Notes under the pieces: model-generated | Told to the model about the DNA's origin: nothing | Database searches by the model: none | The model's input: only the letters and a program-made list of their open reading frames with translations | Shown: piece by piece, positions 10,358 through 19,933 of the stretch | Numbering within the stretch: position 1 is the stretch's first letter | Layout: the number at the start of each line of letters is the position of its first letter | Position numbers and translations under genes: made by a program | Assembly: GCA_043767805.1 (NCBI GenBank) | Contig: JAYUGC010000122.1 | Coordinates: forward strand, 1-58,668 | DNA from: Pseudomonadota bacterium | GTDB lineage: Bacteria > Bdellovibrionota > FAC87 > UBA2466 | Reading direction: 5' to 3' | DNA length: 58,668 nt

Positions 10358-11895
10358 GCCAATCTTGTCCGGTCGTCATCTTAGACTTCGGCTCCCAATT
10401 CACACAACTCATCGCGCGCGCCGTAAGAACCCTCGGGGTCTACTGCGAGATCGTGCCTTACTCCATCGCGCCGGAAAAACTTTTCGCGCGTAACCCGCAA
10501 GCGTTAATCCTCTCGGGCGGACCGGAGAGCGTCGGCGGTAAAACTTCTCCTAAAGTCGTTAAAGCGATTCTCGCTTCCGACATCCCGGTGCTCGGCATTT
10601 GTTACGGTATGCAGCTCCTCTCGCACCTTCACAAAGGCAAAGTGAAGGGCGGAGCCGGCGGCAGAGAGTACGGATTCAGCACGATTGAAGTGTTAAAGAA
10701 CGATTTGCTTTTTAAGGGGTTCAAAGTTGGCGAACATTTGCCGGTGTGGATGAGCCACGGCGATCACGTCTCGGAAGTGCCGCCTGGCGCTCACATCACC
10801 GCGCGCAGCACAGGATGTCCCGTGGCGGCGATGGAGATGGGCAAGTTCCATGCGGTGCAGTTCCATCCGGAAGTCGCGCACACGCCCGTGGGCATGGCGC
10901 TCATCGGAAATTTCCTCTTCCGCATTGCGGGTCTCAAGAACGATTGGAAGATGGCGAATTTTCTGGAGACCAAGCGCCAGGAGATCACCCAGCTCGTGGG
11001 CGATGACGTCGTCATCGGCGGCATCAGCGGTGGCGTCGATTCCACCATTCTCGCCGTATTTTTGGGCAAGATTTTTGGCGCTCGGTTCCGTCCCATTCTC
11101 GTCGATAACGGGCTTCTCCGTAAAAACGAGGCAAAAGAAGTCGCGGCCTTCTTAAGGAGCATCGGCGTTCCTTTGAAAGTCGTCGATGCCAGCAAATTGT
11201 TTTTGAGCCGCTTGAAGGGCGTCACCGACCCCGAGAAGAAGCGCAAGATCATCGGGAAGACTTTCATTCAGGTTTTCGAAAAAGAATGCAAGGGCGTGAA
11301 GCGGGCTAAGTTCCTCGCGCAAGGCACGCTCTATCCGGATGTCATCGAGAGCGTTTCGGTCAAAGGGCCTTCGCACACCATTAAGACCCATCACAACGTG
11401 GGTGGGTTGCCGAAGCACATGAAGTTCAAGCTCGTCGAGCCCTTCCGCGAGCTTTTCAAAGATGAAGTACGGGCGTTGGGCCGCGAGCTCGGCGTGCCGG
11501 AAGCTCTCGTGCAGCGCCATCCGTTCCCGGGGCCCGGTCTTGCGGTTCGCATTCTCGGTGCCGTGACGGACGAACGCCTGAGGCTCTTGCGTGAAGCCGA
11601 TACGATTTTCATCGAAGAGCTGCGTCGGTCGGGTGACTACGAAAAAATCTGGCAAGCTTTCGTCGTGTTCCTTCCCGTTCGGGCGGTTGGAGTGATGGGA
11701 GACGCGCGGACTTACGAATCGGTGGTGGCCCTGAGGGCGGTGACCAGCCGGGACGGGATGACCGCCGATTGGTACCATTTCGATAAGGACATTCTTGGCC
11801 GAGTCGCCAATCGCATCATTAATAACGTGCCGGGAATCAACCGAGTCGTTTACGACATTTCCTCGAAACCCCCGGCCACCATCGAGTGGGAGTAG
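10354..11895 (+). CDS. guaA: GMP synthase (glutamine-hydrolysing)
   Basis: LDFGSQ, GICYGMQ, QFHPEV, SGGVDS, IKTHHNVGGLP and C-terminal KPPATIEWE. Confidence 0.98.
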   Translation: MSQSCPVVILDFGSQFTQLIARAVRTLGVYCEIVPYSIAPEKLFARNPQALILSGGPESVGGKTSPKVVKAILASDIPVLGICYGMQLLSHLHKGKVKGGAGGREYGFSTIEVLKNDLLFKGFKVGEHLPVWMSHGDHVSEVPPGAHITARSTGCPVAAMEMGKFHAVQFHPEVAHTPVGMALIGNFLFRIAGLKNDWKMANFLETKRQEITQLVGDDVVIGGISGGVDSTILAVFLGKIFGARFRPILVDNGLLRKNEAKEVAAFLRSIGVPLKVVDASKLFLSRLKGVTDPEKKRKIIGKTFIQVFEKECKGVKRAKFLAQGTLYPDVIESVSVKGPSHTIKTHHNVGGLPKHMKFKLVEPFRELFKDEVRALGRELGVPEALVQRHPFPGPGLAVRILGAVTDERLRLLREADTIFIEELRRSGDYEKIWQAFVVFLPVRAVGVMGDARTYESVVALRAVTSRDGMTADWYHFDKDILGRVANRIINNVPGINRVVYDISSKPPATIEWE

Positions 11896-11898
11896 CGG

Positions 11899-12333
11899 GT
11901 GGCGAAAGAGACAAAGCCGGTCATCGAGCGTTGTGAGATCCCGAAGGCGCCGAAGCCGCTTGGTAACTATTCTCACGCAACGGCCTATGGCGAGCTGGTG
12001 TTCGTTTCCGGAATGGCGTCCCGAGACTTTCGCACCAACGAGATTCCCGGTCTGAAGCTCGACGGGCAAGGCAAACGCGTGTCTTATGACATCTCCGCCG
12101 AGACCCGTTCCACCTTGGAAAACCTGAAAACCGTGCTCGAAGGCGCGGGCAGCGATCTCGAGCACGTCCTCGAAGTGAACGTGTTTCTGACCGACATGAA
12201 CGACTTCGAAGCCTACAACAAGGTTTTCGCCCAGTATTTTTCGACTCACCGCCCGGCGCGGACCACTTTGGGTGTGGCCTCATTACCGGGTAAGATTGCC
12301 ATCGAGATGAAAGCCGTCGCGGTGAAGAAATGA
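11899..12333 (+). CDS. RidA-family protein, probable 2-aminomuconate deaminase
   Basis: P.PLGNYSH, VFVSG, FL.DMNDF..YN.V and PARTT..V..LP; pathway context. Confidence 0.85.
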   Translation: MAKETKPVIERCEIPKAPKPLGNYSHATAYGELVFVSGMASRDFRTNEIPGLKLDGQGKRVSYDISAETRSTLENLKTVLEGAGSDLEHVLEVNVFLTDMNDFEAYNKVFAQYFSTHRPARTTLGVASLPGKIAIEMKAVAVKK

Positions 12334-13856
12334 ATCAGAGCGAGCTCTCCGCCCTGGGGAAAGAAATTCCCTCTGGCAAAGCGGTCGCCATTCCGGCCAC
12401 GCTCTCCGCGTGGCTCGGCCGGGCAAAGCCTTTGTGGATCGGCGGAAAGCCCGTCGCTTCGGGCTCTCTGTTTGATGACGTCAATCCGGCCACGGAAACC
12501 GTGCTTTCCCAAATCGCGCTGGCGGGAGAAGGCGAAGTGAATCACGCCGTCGAAGCGGCGAGAGACGCGTTTGACGATGGCCGCTGGTCTCGTTTGCCGC
12601 TCGCGAAAAGAGCCGAGCACCTGAGCCGGCTTGCCGACCTCATCGATCTACATTGCCCAGCGTTAGCGCTCCTCGAATCCCTCGATACGGGAAAGCCCAT
12701 TCGAGAAGCCTTCGAAGGAGACATCCCGCGGGCCGCTCGCAATTTTCGTTTCTTCCGTGATTTCGCGCTCGCCGAGAAACCGCTCGTTTTTGAAAGCCTC
12801 GGAGATAAGCACGTGGCGGAACGAGAGCCGATGGGAGTCGTCGGTCTCATTACGCCCTGGAATCTCCCCCTCTATTTAGAGAGCTGGAAGCTCGCCCCCG
12901 CGCTCCTCATGGGAAATTCCGTGGTGCTGAAGCCTTCGGAGCTCACGCCGCTCACCGCCGCCTACCTCGCGGAGCTGGTGCACGAAGCAGGTATTCCGGA
13001 CGGCGTCTTCAATCTCGTTCACGGTTTTGGCGAGGAGAGCGCGGGCGCGTATTTGACCCGGCACCCTGGCGTCGACGCGATTTCGTTCACGGGTGAAACG
13101 GGAACCGGCCGCGCCATCATGAAGGCGGCGGCCGTGGGGCCCACGCGGGTTTCTTTCGAATTGGGCGGGAAGGGCGCGAGCGTCGTTTTTGAGGATGCCG
13201 ATTTGGACAAAGCAGTCGCGGAGACTTTGCGCGGCGGATTTCGCAACCAAGGCGAGATTTGTCTCGCGACTCCTCGGGTCTTCGTGCACGAGTCGAAGTA
13301 CCAAGCTTTCGTCGAAAAATTTGCGGAAGGCGCTAGAGCGCTGCGGGTAGGGGACCCCCTCAACTATACGACTCAGATGGGCGCGCTCATTAGCCGTGAA
13401 CATTTCGATAAAGTGAGTGGCTATCTCGGCAAGGTCCGCCCGCCGGCTCGATTTCTCGCGGGTGGGGGACGGCCGAGGCATCTCTCCAGGGGCCACTTCT
13501 TGGAGCCCACAGTGATCGAAGGTCTGGAGCTAAGCCATCCCATCAGCCGCGAAGAAGTATTTGGCCCGGTGGTCTCCGTCTACTCATTCAAAGATGAGAA
13601 AGAAGTGATCCGCGCCGTGAACGATACGCCTTATGGCTTGTCGGCTTCCTTGTGGACCACGGACACGAAGCGCGCCGAGCGAGTCGCCCGCGAGCTCCGA
13701 CATGGCCTCGTCTGGGTGAACTGCTGGTTCGTCCGAGACTTGCGCGTGCCCTTCGGCGGGCAAAAACGCAGTGGTCTCGGACGCGAAGGCGGCGGCCATA
13801 GTCTAGATTTTTACAGCGAGTGGAAGAGTGTCTGTTACGGAGGAGCGGCGAAATGA
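12330..13856 (+). CDS. Aldehyde dehydrogenase, probable 2-aminomuconate-6-semialdehyde dehydrogenase
   Basis: ITPWNLP, FTGETGTG, ELGGK, NQGEICL, EEVFGP and HMSD/AMSDH-type WVNCWFVRDLRVPFGG. Confidence 0.9.
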   Translation: MNQSELSALGKEIPSGKAVAIPATLSAWLGRAKPLWIGGKPVASGSLFDDVNPATETVLSQIALAGEGEVNHAVEAARDAFDDGRWSRLPLAKRAEHLSRLADLIDLHCPALALLESLDTGKPIREAFEGDIPRAARNFRFFRDFALAEKPLVFESLGDKHVAEREPMGVVGLITPWNLPLYLESWKLAPALLMGNSVVLKPSELTPLTAAYLAELVHEAGIPDGVFNLVHGFGEESAGAYLTRHPGVDAISFTGETGTGRAIMKAAAVGPTRVSFELGGKGASVVFEDADLDKAVAETLRGGFRNQGEICLATPRVFVHESKYQAFVEKFAEGARALRVGDPLNYTTQMGALISREHFDKVSGYLGKVRPPARFLAGGGRPRHLSRGHFLEPTVIEGLELSHPISREEVFGPVVSVYSFKDEKEVIRAVNDTPYGLSASLWTTDTKRAERVARELRHGLVWVNCWFVRDLRVPFGGQKRSGLGREGGGHSLDFYSEWKSVCYGGAAK

Positions 13857-14659
13857 GCGATGCCCGCCTACAAACTTTGGCCGATCGGTTACTCGAAGCG
13901 GAACAAAAACGCCAACCGGTGGAGGCACTGACCACCACCGAACAGGGGCTTACCCTGCAGGATGCTTATGGGGTGCAGCTGAGAAACGCCGCCCGTCATT
14001 TGCATCACGGAGCGAGGCTTACCGGATATAAGATCGGGCTCACTAGCCGGGAAGCGCAGAAGCACTTCGGCGTCTTCGAGCCCGACTTCGGCCACCTCTT
14101 TGGCAACATGGCCATCGCCGAAGACGGAGAGATCGTCGTGAGCGAGCTCATTCAGCCGAAAATCGAGGGGGAAATCGCCTTTGTGATGAAGAAAGAGCTG
14201 AAAGGCCCGGGCGCCACCGCCATGGATGCTTTGGCCGCCGTGGATGCCGCTTTCGTTTCGATGGAAATCATCGATAGCCGCATTCAGAATTGGAAAATCA
14301 AAGCGATCGATACCATCGCCGATAACGGCTCTTCCTCTCGTTACGTGATTGGCACGAAGCCAGTCTCTCTCAAAGATTTGGATCTGCCGCTACTCGGCAT
14401 GGCGTTCTCGAAAAACGGCGAAGTCCAGGACACGGGCGCCGCCGCCGCGGTCATGGGAAATCCTCTGAACGCCGTCGCGTTTCTAGCCAACGAGCTCGCT
14501 AAATTCGATCGCTCGCTGCTGCCGGGCCAGATAGTGCTCTCGGGAGCCATCTCGTCGATGGTTCCGGTGAAGGCGGGAGAGCACTACACTTGCGAAGTCG
14601 CGAAGCTTGGCAAAATCACCGTCCGCGCCGTGGAAGCGAGGAAACATGAATCCCATTGA
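13853..14659 (+). CDS. 2-keto-4-pentenoate hydratase (FAH superfamily)
   Basis: GYKIGLTS, EPDFGHLF, QPKIEGEIAF, EIIDSRI and TIADNGS; ATGA overlap with the previous stop. Confidence 0.88.
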   Translation: MSDARLQTLADRLLEAEQKRQPVEALTTTEQGLTLQDAYGVQLRNAARHLHHGARLTGYKIGLTSREAQKHFGVFEPDFGHLFGNMAIAEDGEIVVSELIQPKIEGEIAFVMKKELKGPGATAMDALAAVDAAFVSMEIIDSRIQNWKIKAIDTIADNGSSSRYVIGTKPVSLKDLDLPLLGMAFSKNGEVQDTGAAAAVMGNPLNAVAFLANELAKFDRSLLPGQIVLSGAISSMVPVKAGEHYTCEVAKLGKITVRAVEARKHESH

Positions 14660-15404
14660 GCTTGCCCAACGCTTGAGAAAAGCCCGTCTAGAAGGCAAGG
14701 CGATCTCGCCTCTGACCAGTGAGCTTCCCGGATTTTCCTGGGAGTCGGCTTATCGCGTGCAAGAAGCGGCGTTGAGTCTCGATCTTGCGGCCGGAGACAA
14801 ACTTTCCGGCTACAAAATGGGCCTGACCAGTCTCGCCAAGCAGCGGGACGTCAAAGTGTTCGAGCCGATTCGCGGCTATCTGCTTCGCTCCATGGAGGTG
14901 GAGCCGGGAGCGTCGGTCGTGACGGAAGGGCGAATTCACCCGCGGTTCGAGCCGGAAGTCGCCGTGGTGATGCGCAAACAACCGACCAGCATCCGCGATT
15001 TGCCGGAGTGCGTGGAGGGCGTTTATCCCGCGCTCGAGATTTTGGATAGCCGCTTCGAAGGTTTCAAGTTTTCGTTGCCGGACGTCATCGCGGATAACAC
15101 TTCCGCGTCGGGTTATCTCATTGGCCGACACCGTTTACCGATGGATCCGGAGACGCTGAGACTTCTTGGCGTCGTGGTTCGCAAAAACGGACAGATCGAG
15201 CATACGGGGGCGCCGGCCGCGGTCTTGGGAGATCCGTTTCGTTCCGTTTGGGCCTTGGCACGCTCGCTTGCGGCCCAGGGTCACAAGCTCGAAGCGGGCC
15301 AGGTCATCCTCTCGGGTGGCATCACGGCGAGCCTGCCGTTTACGGCGGGGGACGTGCTCGAAGTCGAATGGCCCGGTGAGACCTTGATGTTCCGGGGAGT
15401 CTGA
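14646..15404 (+). CDS. 4-oxalocrotonate decarboxylase (FAH superfamily)
   Basis: GYKMGLTSLAK, IHPRFEPEVA, EILDSRF.GFKFSLPDVIADN and ILSGGIT. Confidence 0.85.
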   Translation: MNPIELAQRLRKARLEGKAISPLTSELPGFSWESAYRVQEAALSLDLAAGDKLSGYKMGLTSLAKQRDVKVFEPIRGYLLRSMEVEPGASVVTEGRIHPRFEPEVAVVMRKQPTSIRDLPECVEGVYPALEILDSRFEGFKFSLPDVIADNTSASGYLIGRHRLPMDPETLRLLGVVVRKNGQIEHTGAPAAVLGDPFRSVWALARSLAAQGHKLEAGQVILSGGITASLPFTAGDVLEVEWPGETLMFRGV

Positions 15405-15405
15405 G

Positions 15406-15930
15406 ATGGCGTTGCTCCGGCCACTAAATTTTCAGAAGTGGATCGATGAGCATCGATCTTTGCTCAAGCCGCCGGTCGGCAATCGCTGCGTTTGGGAAGA
15501 TCGCGATTTCATCGTGATGGTGGTCGGCGGCCCGAATTCTCGGACGGACTACCATATCAATCAGGGCGAAGAGTTTTTCCACCAGATCGAAGGAGGCATG
15601 GTCCTCAAGGTGATCGAAGAGGGAAAGCCCGTCGACATTCCTATCCGCCAAGGCGAGATTTTTTTGCTTCCCGGTAAGGTGCCGCATTCGCCTCAGCGCG
15701 GAACGGGGACGGTAGGGCTGGTCATCGAGCACAAGCGCCCCGCGGGCGTGAAAGACGGTTTCGCCTGGTACTGCGAAAAGTGCGGAACGAGCCTTTACAG
15801 CGAGTTTTTGGAAGTGCGAGACATCGTGAAAGATCTCCCGCCGGTTTTCGATCGCTTTTACGGCGAGGCGAGCCATCTCACCTGCAAGAAGTGCGGCCAT
15901 CGGATGAAGGGACGCGATGCCAAGAATTGA
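15406..15930 (+). CDS. nbaC: 3-hydroxyanthranilate 3,4-dioxygenase
   Basis: LKPPVGN, VGGPNSRTDYH, EEFF, PHSPQR and two rubredoxin-like CxxC pairs. Confidence 0.96.
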   Translation: MALLRPLNFQKWIDEHRSLLKPPVGNRCVWEDRDFIVMVVGGPNSRTDYHINQGEEFFHQIEGGMVLKVIEEGKPVDIPIRQGEIFLLPGKVPHSPQRGTGTVGLVIEHKRPAGVKDGFAWYCEKCGTSLYSEFLEVRDIVKDLPPVFDRFYGEASHLTCKKCGHRMKGRDAKN

Positions 15931-16936
15931 CATTCATACGCATATTCTTCCGCCGAAGATCCCGGCGTTCAAGGACAAGTTCGGTTATGGCGGTTTCATT
16001 CGCTTAGATCCGTGTGGCGAGCACAAAGCGAGAATGATGCGCGATGACGGCACTTTCTTTCGCGACATCGATAGCAACTGCTGGGACCCCGCACAGCGCT
16101 TAAAAGAAATGAAGGACACGAAAGTGTCCGTTCAGGTGCTCTCGACCGTGCCCGTCATGTTCAGCTACTGGACTCGCCCTGAGGATGGTTACGATATCGC
16201 TCGGTACTTGAACGATCACATCGCCGGCGTGGTTGAAGCTCACCCCAATCAGTTTGTTGGATTGGGTACGCTACCTCTTCAAGCACCCGATTTGGCGGTC
16301 AAGGAGCTAGAGCGTTGTCATAAGAGTTTGCGGCTGAAGGGGATTCAAATCGGTACGAACGTTAACGGCTGGAACCTGGACGACCCGAAGCTCTTTCCGG
16401 TTTTTGAAGCCATTGCCGATATTGGCCTCGCGCTCTTCGTTCACCCTTGGGACATGATGGGCGGCGAGCGCATGCAGAAGTACTGGCTTCCCTGGCTGCT
16501 CGGCATGCCGACGGAGCTGGCGCATGCCATCGCGAGCCTTTCTTTCGGCGGCGTGTTTGAAAGACTACCTCATTTGCGCGTCGCCTTCGCGCATGGCGGG
16601 GGATCTTACGGAGTTTTGGCGGGTAGGATGGGGCGCGGGTTTGAGGCGCGCCCTGATTTGTGCGCGGTCGAAAACCGCGTGGACCCGAGAGAGTATTTGG
16701 GCCGCTTCTACGTGGACTCTCTCGTGCACGATGAACGGGCTTTGCAATTTTTGGTCGATGTCTTCGGAAAAGATAAAGTCGCGCTTGGATCGGATTATCC
16801 TTTTCCCTTGGGAGAGGATAAGCCAGGCGCGCTCATCGAATCGATGGCTGCCTTCGACGATAAAACCAAGGAGCGGCTCCTTGGCGGGAATGCGCTCGAC
16901 TGGCTCGGCATGAGTGAAACGGATTTTTGGAAATGA
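15917..16936 (+). CDS. 2-amino-3-carboxymuconate-6-semialdehyde decarboxylase (ACMSD, amidohydrolase)
   Basis: IDIHTH, LSTVPVMFSYW, FVHPWDM, AHGGG and GSDYPFPLGE. Confidence 0.93.
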   Translation: MPRIDIHTHILPPKIPAFKDKFGYGGFIRLDPCGEHKARMMRDDGTFFRDIDSNCWDPAQRLKEMKDTKVSVQVLSTVPVMFSYWTRPEDGYDIARYLNDHIAGVVEAHPNQFVGLGTLPLQAPDLAVKELERCHKSLRLKGIQIGTNVNGWNLDDPKLFPVFEAIADIGLALFVHPWDMMGGERMQKYWLPWLLGMPTELAHAIASLSFGGVFERLPHLRVAFAHGGGSYGVLAGRMGRGFEARPDLCAVENRVDPREYLGRFYVDSLVHDERALQFLVDVFGKDKVALGSDYPFPLGEDKPGALIESMAAFDDKTKERLLGGNALDWLGMSETDFWK

Positions 16937-18216
16937 GCTCTCCTCAAAACAACGCTCGCTTTGCGGAGGCTCGGGCTAGAGATGCGGCGGATACGCTTGC
17001 GCCTTTTCGCAAAGAGTTTCTCTTTCCTACCGCTGCCTCAGGCGATCCGTATCTATATTTCACGGGAAATTCGCTGGGGCTTCAGCCCCGAAGGACCCAG
17101 AGTTACGTCGTCCAGGAGTTAGAGGACTGGGCGAAGCTCGGGGTCGAAGGGCACTTTCAAGCCCGGAAGCCTTGGTTTCCGTACCATGAGTTTCTGACCG
17201 AGCCCATGGCTCGCGTGGTGGGAGCTTTGCCTTCCGAAGTCGTGGTGATGAATAGCCTCACCGTGAATCTTCATCTTTTGATGGCCTCGTTCTACCGCCC
17301 GACCGCAGAGCGCTCGCGCATCCTCGTCTTGAAGTATGCGTTTCCGTCCGATCGGTACGCAGTCGAGTCGCAAGTCAGGTTTCACGGCTTTATGCCCGAG
17401 AGCACGGTTATCGAGCTCGCCCCTCGCGCGGGCGAAGAGACCGTGCGGGTGGAAGACGTTATGGAGCTCATTGAGGTCGAGGGTAAGCAGCTCGCCTTGG
17501 TGTTACTGGAGAACGTGAACTACCTCACGGGTCAGGCGTTTCCGATGAAGGAAATTACGGCGGCCGCCCACAAACAGGGCGCGACCGTGGGTTGGGATCT
17601 CGCTCATGGCGTGGGCAATCTCTTCATTGAGCTTCATGACTCCAACGCGGATTTCGCCGTGTGGTGCTCCTACAAATATTTGAACGGGGGCCCGGGCGCC
17701 GTGGGGGGAGCCTTCGTCCACGAGCGGCATGCTAGAGCGGAACTTCCGAAGCTCGCCGGATGGTGGGGCCACGATAAGAAGAAGCGTTTTGAAATGGCGC
17801 CTAAGTTCGAGCCCATTCCGGGAGCCGAAGGGTGGCAGCTTAGCAATCCTCCGATCTTGCAGATGGCGGCGCTTCGCGCCTCCCTCGAGATCTTTGATGC
17901 CGCCACCATGACAAAGTTACGTAAGAAGAGTGAGGCTCTCACGAGTTATCTCGCGGAGCTCTTGCGCACTTTGCCGGGAGACCGCTGCCACATCATCACG
18001 CCCATGGACGCGGCTCAAAGAGGGGCTCAGCTCTCGCTTCGGCTTAAGGGATCCGATCAAACCTGGGTCGAAGGTTTCCGTGAGCGTGGCGTGATTTGCG
18101 ATTTCCGTCGGCCAGATATTTTCCGCATTGCCCCGGCTCCTCTCTACTGTGGCTTTGAGGACGTGTTACGCTTTAATGAGATTCTTCGCGCCAAGATCAC
18201 GGGAGAGGCGAGATGA
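16933..18216 (+). CDS. kynU: Kynureninase
   Basis: YFTGNSLGLQP, MNSLTVNLH, DLAH, WCSYKYLNGGPG (PLP Lys), GWWGH and LSNPP. Confidence 0.96.
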   Translation: MSSPQNNARFAEARARDAADTLAPFRKEFLFPTAASGDPYLYFTGNSLGLQPRRTQSYVVQELEDWAKLGVEGHFQARKPWFPYHEFLTEPMARVVGALPSEVVVMNSLTVNLHLLMASFYRPTAERSRILVLKYAFPSDRYAVESQVRFHGFMPESTVIELAPRAGEETVRVEDVMELIEVEGKQLALVLLENVNYLTGQAFPMKEITAAAHKQGATVGWDLAHGVGNLFIELHDSNADFAVWCSYKYLNGGPGAVGGAFVHERHARAELPKLAGWWGHDKKKRFEMAPKFEPIPGAEGWQLSNPPILQMAALRASLEIFDAATMTKLRKKSEALTSYLAELLRTLPGDRCHIITPMDAAQRGAQLSLRLKGSDQTWVEGFRERGVICDFRRPDIFRIAPAPLYCGFEDVLRFNEILRAKITGEAR

Positions 18217-19814
18217 GCGGCCGCTCCGCCACGCAATCGCCCTTGGTGGTCTTGCTTCGCGGCGGGTGTGAAGAAGTGACGTTTTACGGGGAGCTCGTGG
18301 TAGCCAACGAAGCTGGCCTTCTTTGGTCAGCCGGCGAAGCGGTAGGGGCGTATCCCATGCGCTCTCTCTTGAAGCCGTTTCAGTTTCTCGCCTGTGATTT
18401 ACCGGCGGACCGGTGGCAGGGCAATAGCCTGCAGAACATCCGCTACGCGCCTTGCGTGGGCTCCGTCTCGGCGACCGTCGAACAAATGGAAGTCATCGAT
18501 GCCTGGTACCGCAAGGGCAAGCCCCACGGATTCGCCGAGCTCGTTCAGGTGCCGCCCGCCGTGCCGATCGATCCGGAGAAACGGGTTCAGTCGATGCCCC
18601 GTGGCCCTCAGCAGAAGTATCATATGTGTTTTTCGAAGCACGCCGCTATCGTCGAAGCGTGCGAAGTGCATGGCTGGGATTCGAAGACCTATCTTTCCCC
18701 CGGTCATCCTTACTTCCGCAGTTTGTGTGGCCTCCTGGAAAGGTGGCTCGGACGCGATTTGGGCAAGGTGAAATGGGTGACCGACGGTTGCCAGCTTCCA
18801 ACGCCCCTCTTGTCGCTCACTGAGATGGCGAGACTTTATCAGAGCCTCGCTTCGGAGAAAGACGGCTCGCCGTTGGGCTGGGTCAGACGGCTGATGCTCG
18901 CTAATCCCGACTGGATCGGCAGTTCCGATCGGATGGACAGTCGCCTCATGAAAGAGAACGCGGGCAAGCTCGTCGCGAAAGAAGGTGCGGACGGTTTACT
19001 CGGTCTCGCCGTCTTGCCGAATCAGAAGCATCCTCAAGGTCTCGGCATCGTCGTGAAGATGGCGACGGGCTTTGATACCAAAGCCACCGCGCTGTCCCTC
19101 GCGCCGCTGCTCGACTCGCTTGGGCTGAAACCCTTACTTCCCATTCCGCCGGGGCATACCGCGGAATGGAAGTACAAACCCTTTGCGGGAGCGCCCCGTA
19201 AAATTATAGACATTAGCCCGCTCGTGAGCCCGCAAACCGCCGTTTGGCCCGGAGACATCTCGTTCCGGCGAGAAGTGAGTCTCGACACTCTGAAGGGCAA
19301 CCACCTCACGCTTTCGAGTATTACCACGACCGTGCATGTGGGAGCTCATGCCGATGCGCCGAACCACTTCGAAGCGAGTGATCGTGGTATCGAGTCCGTC
19401 GATATCAGCAAATATTTCGGTCCTTGTCAGGTTATCGAGTTAAGGAAGCAGGCGGCGTCGCTCATCGTGCCGGCCGATCTGACGGGAATTGAGCTTTCCG
19501 CGAACCGGGTGCTTTTTAAGACGGGCTCGTTTCCCGACCCCAATCATTTTAACGAGGACTTCGTAGCGCTCTCGGGAGAAGTGGTCGATTATCTCACCCG
19601 CCGGGGCGTTTGTTTGATTGGAGTGGATACGCCTTCGGTCGATGCTTTTGCCTCGAAAGATTTGCCCGCCCACCATGCCACCCTCCGTGCCGGAGTGGCG
19701 GTACTCGAGGGCATCGTTCTGGATGGGGTTTCCCCCGGGCTTTACCAGCTCGCCGCCGTCCCGCTTAAACTTGCTGGTGCCGACGCAAGTCCCGTTAGAG
19801 CCATTCTTTTCTGA
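18213..19814 (+). CDS. Fusion: asparaginase-II-like domain plus kynurenine formamidase (KynB/cyclase) domain
   Basis: N-part RSLLKPFQ, CFSKH, DGC and AKEGADG; C-part from ~19200 IDIS..WPGD, HVGAHADAPNH, GVDTPSVD and GADASPVRA; one uninterrupted frame. Confidence 0.85.
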   Translation: MSGRSATQSPLVVLLRGGCEEVTFYGELVVANEAGLLWSAGEAVGAYPMRSLLKPFQFLACDLPADRWQGNSLQNIRYAPCVGSVSATVEQMEVIDAWYRKGKPHGFAELVQVPPAVPIDPEKRVQSMPRGPQQKYHMCFSKHAAIVEACEVHGWDSKTYLSPGHPYFRSLCGLLERWLGRDLGKVKWVTDGCQLPTPLLSLTEMARLYQSLASEKDGSPLGWVRRLMLANPDWIGSSDRMDSRLMKENAGKLVAKEGADGLLGLAVLPNQKHPQGLGIVVKMATGFDTKATALSLAPLLDSLGLKPLLPIPPGHTAEWKYKPFAGAPRKIIDISPLVSPQTAVWPGDISFRREVSLDTLKGNHLTLSSITTTVHVGAHADAPNHFEASDRGIESVDISKYFGPCQVIELRKQAASLIVPADLTGIELSANRVLFKTGSFPDPNHFNEDFVALSGEVVDYLTRRGVCLIGVDTPSVDAFASKDLPAHHATLRAGVAVLEGIVLDGVSPGLYQLAAVPLKLAGADASPVRAILF

Positions 19815-19933
19815 TTCGGCCATTTCCTTGTGCAGGGAAGGTGCCAATCGGCCGAACTCTCATTATCTCTCAAGGGATATTTCGGATTTTGGAATCACGG
19901 GGAGGAAGCGAAGACGTTTCGTCGTCGTAGAAG

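Noticed and set aside
9071..12249. Long antisense ORFs (9071-10177 and 11152-12249; similarly 5800-6672 and 27317-28276)
   Set aside because: They shadow well-supported genes on the other strand, lack motifs, and are expected in GC-rich DNA.
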